NCBI GenBank assembly: GCA_965249485.1
Contig: OZ252239.1
Coordinates: 160,001-224,000, forward strand
Origin: a bacterium
Lineage (GTDB): Bacteria > SM23-31
Length of the DNA: 64,000 nt
Reading direction: 5' to 3'
In this document: piece after piece, positions 20,936 through 30,565 of the stretch
Layout of the letters: each line of letters opens with the position of its first letter
Position numbering within the stretch: the first letter of the stretch is position 1
The notes under the pieces: generated by a model
What the model was told of the DNA's origin: nothing
Seen by the model: only the letters and a program-made list of their open reading frames with translations
Databases searched by the model: none
Position numbers and translations under genes: made by a program

Positions 20936-22171
20936 TTAGTGAATGATACGAATCCGTTGGTCCGTTGGATAAGGAAATTCAACTCCACGTTCTGTTACTA
21001 CCGCACCATCATGGAGACATATATATAAATGTTTCCCTCTGCCCCATTCAGGAACCGGCATATGAATCATATATTCAAGAGCAAAGGTATGATAGAGTGG
21101 AATCTTTAGATCCCGACCCCATCCTGACGGAGAAATTCTGGGAGCTTCCGCCTGTGAGAGTATTCTTCCTAGTGCATGGAAGTCGATATGCACCTGAGTT
21201 TTTTCAGGATCCGCGTTTGTGTCATATCGGTCTTCATCAATGTAAACATACCCGGCATCTTCTAATTTATCGATGAGAATCTCAAGCGTTTCTCCTCCCG
21301 TCGGGCCCGCCTTGATGTTTTTACGGAAAATCTCGCGGGTTATCAATGCATGTTCCCATATTTTTTTGACCTCAGGTGGCAACTCAGTCTCTCCTTCCCG
21401 AAGTACATAGCCGATTCCGCCATTGTGCTCACTAAAATCCAACATGCTTGCACCATGGAGTATACCTATCAGGTCACCCCGCTGGATCACGTAGTCGGTA
21501 TTGTTTTCTTCGTTGCCATCCGGATCCCTGACGAAAACATTCTCCGAAAGATCATTCAAAGCGGTTACACCGGGCACGATTTTGTTAAATTCTCCCTCAA
21601 TAATTTCTGCGCTTATCGTGCATAACCGGCCAAAAAGTGCTATTTCGGCCATTCCCCTTCCCGCTAAGAAGTCTGCTATCAAATAATCAGCCTGGACTAT
21701 CCTCCGTGCATATGTATCACCTAAAGATTTGACCAAATTGTCGTAGTCTGCAGGTGAAATTGTACTGAAGCCGGAACGGTCTTCATTATAATTCACCGCT
21801 ATTTGCCCAGGATCGCGTTCGGCAACAAATTGCGCTATGTCACTCTCTGAGCCAAAGACATCATAGAGTTCTCTATCGCCTCTGCCACCGAGGACAGCCC
21901 GTTCTATTCTGTCATCACCACGATCGGTAAAGATATACACTCCGGGATTAGTGCCCAATTCAAAATTAAGGGGATCGTCTCCTCTCATCATGTGAATCCA
22001 CATATCGATCTCGTTGTCCCGCATGACCTGAGGTAAGATCACGTCAAATTTCTCACTGCGAATCAGATTCATCAGCTCCTGTGAGGCAACCGGTTCTTGC
22101 AGCTGGGCGTGGATTTCATTGGTAAGAAAAAACATGCATAGTAATGTGAAAAAGATTCGTACTCTTCTCAT
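20936..22171 (-). CDS. Secreted M24-fold protein, paralogue 4
   Basis: LPQVMRDNEIDMWI, GYVLREGET, DFH, ALEY. Confidence 0.75.
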   Translation of the reverse strand: MRRVRIFFTLLCMFFLTNEIHAQLQEPVASQELMNLIRSEKFDVILPQVMRDNEIDMWIHMMRGDDPLNFELGTNPGVYIFTDRGDDRIERAVLGGRGDRELYDVFGSESDIAQFVAERDPGQIAVNYNEDRSGFSTISPADYDNLVKSLGDTYARRIVQADYLIADFLAGRGMAEIALFGRLCTISAEIIEGEFNKIVPGVTALNDLSENVFVRDPDGNEENNTDYVIQRGDLIGILHGASMLDFSEHNGGIGYVLREGETELPPEVKKIWEHALITREIFRKNIKAGPTGGETLEILIDKLEDAGYVYIDEDRYDTNADPEKTQVHIDFHALGRILSQAEAPRISPSGWGRDLKIPLYHTFALEYMIHMPVPEWGRGKHLYICLHDGAVVTERGVEFPYPTDQRIRIIH

Positions 22172-22263
22172 GGTGTGTCTCCATTATTCATTGGTATAAA
22201 AATCTTGATACATTATTAATTAGTGTTGTCCAACGTACCGGTAAACTTCTGCATGATTTGATA

Positions 22264-23670
22264 TTAATAAATTAATTGTATTGTGTTGGATTGGTCCGGG
22301 TATGGAATTTCCATTCCACGTCCTGTAACCACTGCACCGTCATGAAAAAATCCATATAATTGCTGCCCGGTAAAATTGTTCCCCCTGTCCCATTCAGGGA
22401 CGGCCATATAGATCATGTATTCGACAGCAAAAGTATGAAAGAGTCGGATTTTCATATTCCAATGCCACTTCGGACCCATGGGAGATATCCTGGGAGCAAG
22501 TATTCCTTTTCCCTCAGCATGCATATCAATATGAACCTGGGTTATTTCAGGATCTTCTGCGTTTATGTCATATTCCTGGTAGTCATTGTAAACAAATCCG
22601 GCATCTTCTACTTTACGAATGAGGAGCTCCAGCGTTTCTCCCGCCGTAGGACCCACTTTGATGTTTCTACGGAAAATTTCACGGATTTTATCGTTATCTT
22701 CCCAGAATTTTTGTATATACTCCGGCAGGCCAGTCTCACCTTTCCGAAGCACATAGGCTCTTCTCCCCCTGCTATTAATAAGGTCGCCTCTCTGGATCAC
22801 GTAGTTTCCACTTCTTCTACTTCCGTCTTTATCAATAATAGATCCACCCCCGATTTCACTCAAAGCGGTTACACCGGGCACGATTTTTTCAAATTTACCC
22901 GCTCTACCTCGCAGATTACCGGATGTGCCATAAAGCACTACTTCGCTTATTACCCTTCTCGATAAGTAATCCAATATCATATATTCAGCTGAGACCATCC
23001 TCTGTGCATATTTGTCTCCTAAAGACTTGGTTAATTGGACGTAATCTGTATACGAAATGCCATCTGCAAGAGCCATCGTAAAGGTCTCTGAACCTTCTGG
23101 AAACGACAGACTTTCCATGTAATTGACGGCAATGCGTTGAGGATTTCGTTCGGCAACAAATTCTTCGAGATCTAAAAATCTAAAATCCAATTCTGACTCC
23201 GGGACATAATCCGGATTTGCTGCCATGTAATTCATAAACTCATAATTTTCTTGATTAATAAATTTAGATCGTCCTCGAACCATGTCGTAGGCCCCGGGGG
23301 CTTCAACTTCGCCTTCAAATACAACCCGTTCGATCCTGTCACCACCGCTGTCGGTAAAAATGAAAACGCCGGACCTGCTGCCGAATTCATATCGCAGAGG
23401 GTCAGTACCTCCCCAGGACCACGGTCGAATCACATGAATCCACATGTCAACATTTTGTTCCCGCATGACTTGAGGTAATATGAGGTCAAATCTCTCCCGG
23501 CGAATATGATTCAGCATGTCCTTCGTAGCATATGGATTATTTTCATCAAACGTTCCATAATTTGCGTCGCTGATGCCCCACATCATATCCCTAAACTGAT
23601 TCTGGGCATTTAAATCCTGGAAAAGAAAAAGCATAGAAAAAATTGTGAGAATAAACCGTACTTTATTCAT
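22264..23670 (-). CDS. Secreted M24-fold protein, paralogue 5
   Basis: Same family motifs; metal-ligand strand shortened. Confidence 0.75.
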   Translation of the reverse strand: MNKVRFILTIFSMLFLFQDLNAQNQFRDMMWGISDANYGTFDENNPYATKDMLNHIRRERFDLILPQVMREQNVDMWIHVIRPWSWGGTDPLRYEFGSRSGVFIFTDSGGDRIERVVFEGEVEAPGAYDMVRGRSKFINQENYEFMNYMAANPDYVPESELDFRFLDLEEFVAERNPQRIAVNYMESLSFPEGSETFTMALADGISYTDYVQLTKSLGDKYAQRMVSAEYMILDYLSRRVISEVVLYGTSGNLRGRAGKFEKIVPGVTALSEIGGGSIIDKDGSRRSGNYVIQRGDLINSRGRRAYVLRKGETGLPEYIQKFWEDNDKIREIFRRNIKVGPTAGETLELLIRKVEDAGFVYNDYQEYDINAEDPEITQVHIDMHAEGKGILAPRISPMGPKWHWNMKIRLFHTFAVEYMIYMAVPEWDRGNNFTGQQLYGFFHDGAVVTGRGMEIPYPDQSNTIQLIY

Positions 23671-23683
23671 AAATTTGTCTCCA

Positions 23684-25132
23684 TTATCTAATACTTTGAA
23701 TCCCTGTTACTGGTGGAGCTGCGAATTCTGCTCCACGTTCCGTGACAACTGCTCGCTCATGGAGGGAACAATAATATATGTGTTTCCCTTTACCCCATTC
23801 GGGAACAGGCATGTGAACCATATATTCGACACCCAGGGTAAAAAGGAGTGGGATCTTCATATCCCTATGCCACTTCGATCCCATAGGAGAAATCCTGGGG
23901 CCAAGCACCCCTCTCCCTACAGCATGCAAGTCGAGATGAACCTGAGTTTTTTCAGGATCTAAGGTTATGTCATATCTATCCCTGTCTATATAAACAAAAC
24001 CAGCTTCTTCTAATTTGCGGATGAGAAGTTCAAGCGTTTCTTCCGCAGTAGGGCCCACTTTGATGTTATCCATTAATATCCTGCGGACTCTCACTACTTC
24101 GTCCCAGCTTCTTTGCACCTCCGGAGGTGGTTCAGTTTCATCTTCCCGAAGTACATAGTATGGAATGGGCCCGTCCTGGAACATATCACCTTTCTGGAGA
24201 GGAAAGTCTCTCATAGCATCTTCATCATGCCCCGCATCTCTCGTACAAAACCAACCCCCACGTACATCATCTAAAGTGGTTACGCCCGGCACGATTTTAT
24301 CAAATGTTCTCACTCTCCGTGGAAGGCCCGATCCGCCAAAAAGTACTATTTCGCTGATCACCCTACTTGTCAGGTAATCTAATATCAGATACTCAGCCGA
24401 GACCATCCTTTTCGCATATTTTCCTCCTAAAGCTTTGGTCAATGAGAGGTGGTCTGCATAGGAAATGCCATCGGTAAGTGCCAACGTAAAGGTCTCTGAG
24501 CCCTCGGCAAGTGGCAGGTTTTCTGCGTAATAGACAGCGATTCGTTCGGGGTTGCGTTCGGCAACAAATTCTCCGAGACCCATAAATCTGTAACCCAATT
24601 CTGTTTCCGGGACATTATCTGGATTTTCGGCAACATAATCCATTATTTCATAATTCTCTTGATTAATAAATTTGGATTGACCACGAACTATGTCGAAGGC
24701 CCCGGGATCTTCAACCTCACCCTCAAAGACAACACGCTCGATCCTGTCATTGCCACGGTCGGTAAAAATGAAAACACCTGCATCGCTGCCAAATTCATAT
24801 CTGAGAGGATCGGTACTGTCGATGCTCCTGTAATTTCTGCCGGATCCTTCTAATCGACGGAGTTCATTACCGCTCCAGGTCCATGGTCGAATCACATGGA
24901 TCCACATATCGATCTTGTTCTCTCGCATGATTCGGGGCAAAATGAGGTCAAACTTCTCTCGACGAATATGATCAAGCAACTCTACCGTAGCATATGGATT
25001 ATCTTCATCAAACATTGGATAATATGCCTCGCTAATGTGCACCATTGCTTCTTTGTTCTGAGTCTGCGCATATAATACTGGAACGAGGACTATTATTGAA
25101 AACAATACAGGTAAAATGCATGTTTTACACAT
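23684..25132 (-). CDS. Secreted M24-fold protein, paralogue 6
   Basis: Close to paralogue 5. Confidence 0.75.
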   Translation of the reverse strand: MCKTCILPVLFSIIVLVPVLYAQTQNKEAMVHISEAYYPMFDEDNPYATVELLDHIRREKFDLILPRIMRENKIDMWIHVIRPWTWSGNELRRLEGSGRNYRSIDSTDPLRYEFGSDAGVFIFTDRGNDRIERVVFEGEVEDPGAFDIVRGQSKFINQENYEIMDYVAENPDNVPETELGYRFMGLGEFVAERNPERIAVYYAENLPLAEGSETFTLALTDGISYADHLSLTKALGGKYAKRMVSAEYLILDYLTSRVISEIVLFGGSGLPRRVRTFDKIVPGVTTLDDVRGGWFCTRDAGHDEDAMRDFPLQKGDMFQDGPIPYYVLREDETEPPPEVQRSWDEVVRVRRILMDNIKVGPTAEETLELLIRKLEEAGFVYIDRDRYDITLDPEKTQVHLDLHAVGRGVLGPRISPMGSKWHRDMKIPLLFTLGVEYMVHMPVPEWGKGKHIYYCSLHERAVVTERGAEFAAPPVTGIQSIR

Positions 25133-25237
25133 ACTATATCTCCATTATCAATGATCTGATAGTTTCCTCTATCTATCCTTCATTAAAAGAAGATAGATAG
25201 AGAAGGTGTTGAAATATGACGTTTTTTTAAGATGTGA

Positions 25238-25339
25238 TGTATTTTGTCAGAATGTATGGGAAATCATGATATAAATGGTAAGGTATGCATCGTGCAATTA
25301 CAAGTATTTTCTACCCTCGGGTTGTACGATTTGCGAACC
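25238..25339 (+). repeat. Composite module, copy 8 (core 25313-25339)
   Basis: TGTATTTTGTCAGAATG plus core; minus-strand TTGTAA-N17-TACCAT. Confidence 0.9.
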
Positions 25340-25421
25340 TTTGGGGTACGAATTGATTTGCAGAATCTAAAAGAAATTGTGTGGAGAGAACTGGTTAAAA
25401 GTTAAAAGATACATTGAGTCT

Positions 25422-25693
25422 ATGCAAGTTTTTTTTACATCCTTCCGTAAGTCGCCTTTCCAGATAACGCTCCGCCTGCATTTATATAGGCAGCGATTCA
25501 AACGTTAATTTCCTGTAAGGTGGTTTATTAATGAATGGATAGAAGTGTTGAAGAGTCGAAAATACCGGGCAAAACCGAATCACCCAAACTGTCCAAATTT
25601 TTCTACTTTTATTAATTGAGTTATAGCAGATAAAATAGAAGTGTATTGTGTTTGAAATATGAGGAATGAAAAAGGGAATGATTAGTGGACCCT
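25422..25693. repeat. ~250-bp repeat, copy B, ending in a truncated att (GTGGACCCT)
   Basis: Similarity to copy A stops 9 bp into the tRNA fragment. Confidence 0.85.
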
Positions 25694-25932
25694 ACTGTTC
25701 TAAAAACAGAACTTTCAAATGTATTTTTAGATTTTTGAATTAATTTAATACCTTCCGAAAAAATCACACAATTTCAGAATTTCTAAATCCTAAATTTGTT
25801 TCAATAAGAAGTCAAAAATAAATATATTAAAAAGACAATTAATAACTTTAAGCCTAAATCAGTCCAACTTGTTCTGACGACGTACAATTTTAATGATACA
25901 TTAAAGGTGAAACAGTAAATTGCAAAAACAAA

Positions 25933-26724
25933 CTAATCCATTAGACCAATTGATTCAATAAGTTTTTGAGGAATATCTCCGTTTTTCCACCCTACAATAG
26001 CAAAATAATATAATGGTTCTCCTTCAACTGAGAACCTGTGACGGTACCGTTCCAAAATGAATATATCGAGATACTCTGAGAAAATAAGTTCACGTATAGT
26101 CTTGGAAAACCCTGATTCATCACTTTTTTGAAGGAATGTTTCCTTGATATTAAATCCAATCCATCCGTTATTTTTTATAAGATTAAATGCTACAACAAAT
26201 GCTTTTGTTGGTATATCACCAAATCCTAAAGCAGCAACACATGTCAGGCAATCAAAAGACCAGGAAGTCATTTCATCGCGTTGTTCTTTATTCAAATTAC
26301 AAAAGTCATACACATAATAGGCATCATAGACAAAAGGCCTGTCACGTATTGTTGCGTCATAGGCTTCTGGAATAATATCAACTCCGACTAATCTCGACAC
26401 ACCTTCCTTTTCTAATAATTCCCCCATCATACCATTCCCCGAACCTAAATCAAGAACACGGAGTTCTGAAAAATTACTATTCTGAGACTGAGCTATTGAA
26501 GATTTTAGTATTGATGTAACCTTGCTCGGAGACTGGCATTTAAGGCGTTCATAAAATAATTGTTCATACAGGCCGGGGATTTTGTATATTTCGCCGTAAT
26601 CGTGAAAGCGTATTTTTCTTTTCCCTTCTGGTTCAAGTAAATAAAAAAATGTCTCATCCTGTGCCAGACTGTCACTACCTGTTCGTGGAAACTGGATTCG
26701 ATGTATCCGTTTCATATATCTCAT
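25933..26724 (-). CDS. Class I SAM-dependent methyltransferase
   Basis: VLDLGSGNG motif; GVDI. Confidence 0.85.
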   Translation of the reverse strand: MRYMKRIHRIQFPRTGSDSLAQDETFFYLLEPEGKRKIRFHDYGEIYKIPGLYEQLFYERLKCQSPSKVTSILKSSIAQSQNSNFSELRVLDLGSGNGMMGELLEKEGVSRLVGVDIIPEAYDATIRDRPFVYDAYYVYDFCNLNKEQRDEMTSWSFDCLTCVAALGFGDIPTKAFVVAFNLIKNNGWIGFNIKETFLQKSDESGFSKTIRELIFSEYLDIFILERYRHRFSVEGEPLYYFAIVGWKNGDIPQKLIESIGLMD

Positions 26725-26826
26725 TCCTTGTTATATAATTAAGCTATTGTTTATTAAAGCATATAAGTATGTATAAATGTTAAAATATGTGACATAAATT
26801 TCAAAATTATTTATTCAAGAATTGTC

Positions 26827-28410
26827 TCATTTCATCGAAAGATTTCTTTCCTTTAAAAAGATTTCAGCGACTTTCTCGGGAGAAACCTTCTCTACGTCTA
26901 CTTTATAATTAAGCTCACGCATTACATTATCGCTAATCAGCCCTACTAACTTTTTTAGCGTATCTTCTACTTCAGGAAACTTGTGCAGCAATTCTTTTCT
27001 CACAACAGGCATGGCCTCATAAGGTGGAAAAAATTGAAGGTCATCGTCAAGTGTCCTCAAGTCATATGCAGCAATTCTGCCATCAGTAGAGAAAGCGCAA
27101 ATAACGTCAATCTCTCCATTTGCAACCGCTGTATACATGAGTTCCGGTGACATATCACGAACTTGTCGAAAATGTAGATTATAAGCAGCAGCCAACCCTT
27201 TCAGCCCATCTTCACGCTCTATGAACTCTGAAGTAAACCCGGCCTCGAGAGATGAAGCAACTTGGGCTAAATCACTAACTGTTCTCCAGCCATATTTATG
27301 TGCTTTTTCTTCCGAAACAGTAAGCCTGTATGTATTATTAAAACCAAACGGCTCGAAAACAGTGCATTCATATTTTTTTTCATAGAGGTCTTTAACATAT
27401 TTAAATATATCTTTATTAGTCCAGCCAGGTTGAAGTTCAGATTTGAAAACAACTGAAAGCGATGTGCCGGAATATTCAGGATAAAGATCAATTTCACCAT
27501 TTTCCAATGCTTTCTGACAGATCACCGTACCACCGAGATTGAAAATGCGCTCAACATATAAATCAGTATGATTTTCGATAATTTGCGCCATAAGTTCCCC
27601 AAGTATAAACTGCTCTGTAAAGTTTTTTGAACCTATTCGAATGACTTTTTTGTCTTGATTATCTGTAATTCCACTGCCGAATTTTAGTGGAAAAACCAAC
27701 ACTCCAAAAAGCATAATAATAATCACAATGCTTGCGATTGCCCGCCATCTCAAATTTCTAATTTTTCGTCCTGGACGAATGAACAACCCGACTGTTTCCA
27801 TTACAAAGTCTAAAAACAAAGCCAGAACAGCAGCCGTTCCGGCGCCGAGTAGAACGAGTGGCATTTGGTCGAGCGCTAATCCGCGGTTAATGAAATCTCC
27901 CAAACCGCCCGCACCAATAAAAGTAGATAATGTGGCAATCCCAACACAAATGGTTGTGGCAGTACGAATACCACTCATAATAACAGGCGCAGCCAAAGGC
28001 AGGTCGACCATCCACAAACGTTGATGTTTGGAAAATCCAATCCCATCAGCTGCCTCCAATACATCCGAAGGCAGCTCACGCAAAGCAGTCAGTGTATTTT
28101 GGAATATAGGGAGCAGTGCGTATAGCGTTAAAGCAACGATTGCCGGCAATTTCCCAATCCCTAAAAATGGAAGCAAAAATGCAAGCATGGCCAAACTCGG
28201 GATGGTTTGCATGATTCCTGTTGTCCCAAGTGCAAAGGCCTGGAAAACACGATGGTTTCTCGCCAATATTGCCAGGGGTAAAGCGATACAAACAGCAGAT
28301 ACCACAGGAATTGCAGTAAGATACAATAAGTGGTCAAGTAATTTAAGTTGTAAATCCGGCAACCTACCAAACAATTCTATCAGTACATTTTGCATTCTAA
28401 AAAATCTCAA
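26827..28410 (-). CDS. Fused ABC permease/substrate-binding protein, betaine/osmoprotectant (Opu/EgtU-like) family
   Basis: QTIPSLA, EAADGIG, IGAGGLG; GSKNFTEQ, YPEYSGT, FFPPY. Confidence 0.9.
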   Translation of the reverse strand: MRFFRMQNVLIELFGRLPDLQLKLLDHLLYLTAIPVVSAVCIALPLAILARNHRVFQAFALGTTGIMQTIPSLAMLAFLLPFLGIGKLPAIVALTLYALLPIFQNTLTALRELPSDVLEAADGIGFSKHQRLWMVDLPLAAPVIMSGIRTATTICVGIATLSTFIGAGGLGDFINRGLALDQMPLVLLGAGTAAVLALFLDFVMETVGLFIRPGRKIRNLRWRAIASIVIIIMLFGVLVFPLKFGSGITDNQDKKVIRIGSKNFTEQFILGELMAQIIENHTDLYVERIFNLGGTVICQKALENGEIDLYPEYSGTSLSVVFKSELQPGWTNKDIFKYVKDLYEKKYECTVFEPFGFNNTYRLTVSEEKAHKYGWRTVSDLAQVASSLEAGFTSEFIEREDGLKGLAAAYNLHFRQVRDMSPELMYTAVANGEIDVICAFSTDGRIAAYDLRTLDDDLQFFPPYEAMPVVRKELLHKFPEVEDTLKKLVGLISDNVMRELNYKVDVEKVSPEKVAEIFLKERNLSMK

Positions 28411-29168
28411 TTCATTTTTTTACTATATAGTGCAAGTTGCTGAGCAGGCTTTTCAAAAAGCTGTTTAACGAAAGGGGTTGCCGGAGCATTGATCAATTCT
28501 TCCGCTTTGCCGACCTGCTCAAGCCGCCCATTATGCATAACAGCAATACGATCTGCGAGCATGATTGCTTCAAACAAATCATGAGTGACAAATAGAATGG
28601 TTTTTCGCAGGTCATGTTTTAATAGTAGCAATTCTTTTTGAAGCTTCTCTCTATTCACGCCATCTAAAGCGCCGAAAGGTTCATCCATAAGCAAAAGATC
28701 TGGGTCGGCAGCAAGTGCTCTGGCAACGCCAACACGTTGTTGTTGCCCTCCGGACAACTCTTCCGGATAGCGTTCTGCAAAAGTGGCCTCAGGTAAGCCA
28801 ACCATTTCCAGTAATGCATGAATACGTTTTCGCCGATTATACGCTGATACTCCTTCAAGGCGTAAAATAGCACCGATATTATCAGCAACAGTCCAGTGAG
28901 GAAAGAGACCAATCCCCTGTATCACATAGCCGATTGAGCGCCGTAATTTTTCATGAGTGATATCTTTCACAGGACGTTGTTGGAACAGTATTTCACCTGA
29001 GTCTGGTTCGATAAGTCGATTAACCATTTTTAAAATTGTGGATTTCCCACATCCTGAAGACCCGAGTAGGACGACAGTTTCGCCTTCTGCAATTGTTAAA
29101 TTTACATTGTCTACAGCGGGTGACTTGACTCCTGGAAAAACCTTAACTATATCTCGTAATATGAGCAT
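28407..29168 (-). CDS. ABC ATPase, Opu/ProV family
   Basis: GSSGCGKS, LSGGQQQR, LMDEPF; likely start MLILR. Confidence 0.9.
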   Translation of the reverse strand: MLILRDIVKVFPGVKSPAVDNVNLTIAEGETVVLLGSSGCGKSTILKMVNRLIEPDSGEILFQQRPVKDITHEKLRRSIGYVIQGIGLFPHWTVADNIGAILRLEGVSAYNRRKRIHALLEMVGLPEATFAERYPEELSGGQQQRVGVARALAADPDLLLMDEPFGALDGVNREKLQKELLLLKHDLRKTILFVTHDLFEAIMLADRIAVMHNGRLEQVGKAEELINAPATPFVKQLFEKPAQQLALYSKKMN

Positions 29169-29390
29169 GTAGATTCCAATATTTATTAAGACGACAAGAT
29201 TTTTTTTCAATATTGTTAATAACAATGCATAATTAAATATGCCTAACAAGTAATTCTTTAGTTTTCTTCATAACACCCATGATAACAATTATTTTTATTG
29301 AATCGCAAGGATAAATTAACTATTTTTGCAAAAAAGCCTTCTGTATAACATCCCTAATAAGGGTGATATAATGAACCTGGATATCATCCG

Positions 29391-29480
29391 ATGCTTGACA
29401 TACCCACACAATTGAAAAACGATTATGCTCGATTGTTGACACAACGCAGCATTCCGTCACATAGCCACTATCAACTGTTT
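29391..29480 (+). pseudogene. Possible N-terminal relic of an integron integrase
   Basis: MLDIPTQLKNDYARLLTQRSIP resembles, from memory, the N-termini of deltaproteobacterial-type IntI; no catalytic domain follows. Confidence 0.3.
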
Positions 29481-29725
29481 TTGACGCAGGGGTTTTTCTG
29501 TGATACGGTGATAGAAGAAAACACGCTCTTTCAAAATCAAAAATCACCTTCATCGAAAGGAACAGCTCATGTGGAACACACACACGAAAGAACAACTTGT
29601 ATTAATTTATTTTTTGACTAAAAACAATTATTAACTATAACATTTATATTTATACTTAAAATATATTGAATTAATTATGTAAATATTTATATAAATTTTT
29701 CGGCCTTATATATTATATATAATCT

Positions 29726-29755
29726 AATCTTAACGTATACGTATACGTTAAGATT
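29726..29755. repeat. Perfect 30-bp palindrome
   Basis: AATCTTAACGTATACGTATACGTTAAGATT. Confidence 0.95.
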
Positions 29756-30152
29756 TTTTAAAATAAATCATTTTTATGAATTTAAATGCTAATTAATTAT
29801 CCCTATATATTTAAGAAAATCATAAAATATTAAGTGAGTTACTTTTGAAGAAATAGCTCAAGTATTTATTTCTTCTTATACATCCAAATTTCTATATAAA
29901 TTCCAATATCTATTATATGAGATTTCTGTAAAACATTTCTTCGCATATTCCCGCCCTCTTGTTTTGACAATCGCAATAAACTCTTCCAGATTTTCGGCTT
30001 TGTCTTTTCTGAATTTATTATATAAAAAATCCGAAATATCAATTTCATTTTTGACAGCACATTCATTTGACATTCCAGTCTAACTCAATGAATGCATAAT
30101 GACTTCCTTTTGAATTCCAAATAATAACTATAATCATCTCGCTATTTGAAGC

Positions 30153-30187
30153 AAAAAAAGCAGAGCCTCTCATTAAAGAAGTTCTGC
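30153..30187 (-). terminator. Intrinsic terminator downstream of the tRNA 3' fragment
   Basis: Minus strand GCAGAACTTCT-N6-AGAGGCTCTGC followed by T7. Confidence 0.65.
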
Positions 30188-30202
30188 CTATTGAACTATT
30201 GA

Positions 30203-30395
30203 GTGGGCCCTGCAGGATTCGAACCTGCGACCCACTGATTATGAGTCGTAAGGCTTTATAAAAATAATGCAATACATAACCTATTAAATAACAGATATTT
30301 AAGCGTATGGTTTCCACAATTTATTTAGTGCAATTAATGACACCAATTGACACAAATGACACGATTTCACACCATTATTGACACAATCTGACACA
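30203..30395 (-). mobile_element. att site 3: tRNA-Ile 3'-half duplicate (30203-30247) plus arm
   Basis: 45 bp with 1 mismatch to the tRNA; two TGACAC pairs in the arm. Confidence 0.9.
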
Positions 30396-30498
30396 TGTAT
30401 GTTGTCAATACAAATCGAATATTTTATTTTAAATAGTAAAGTATGTAATTAGGTTTTATATGTGTTTTCTATTTCCCGAACTATATGATTTGTGAGCC
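30396..30498 (+). repeat. Composite module, copy 9 (degenerate core 30472-30498)
   Basis: TGTATGTTGTCAATACA, then TTTCCCGAACTATATGATTTGTGAGCC 76 bp later; all core changes are transitions. Confidence 0.7.
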
Positions 30499-30565
30499 TA
30501 TTTGCTTGCTCTAAAATCCTCCAATAGCTTATTCACCACTTTACCTAATTTAAGGTACAATATGT

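Noticed and set aside
5710..25132. Diversity-generating retroelement driving M24 variation
   Set aside because: No reverse transcriptase and no TR/VR pair with adenine-specific differences; variation includes indels
13547..30247. Additional tRNA genes
   Set aside because: Only 3' halves; the D-arm and 5' acceptor strand are missing
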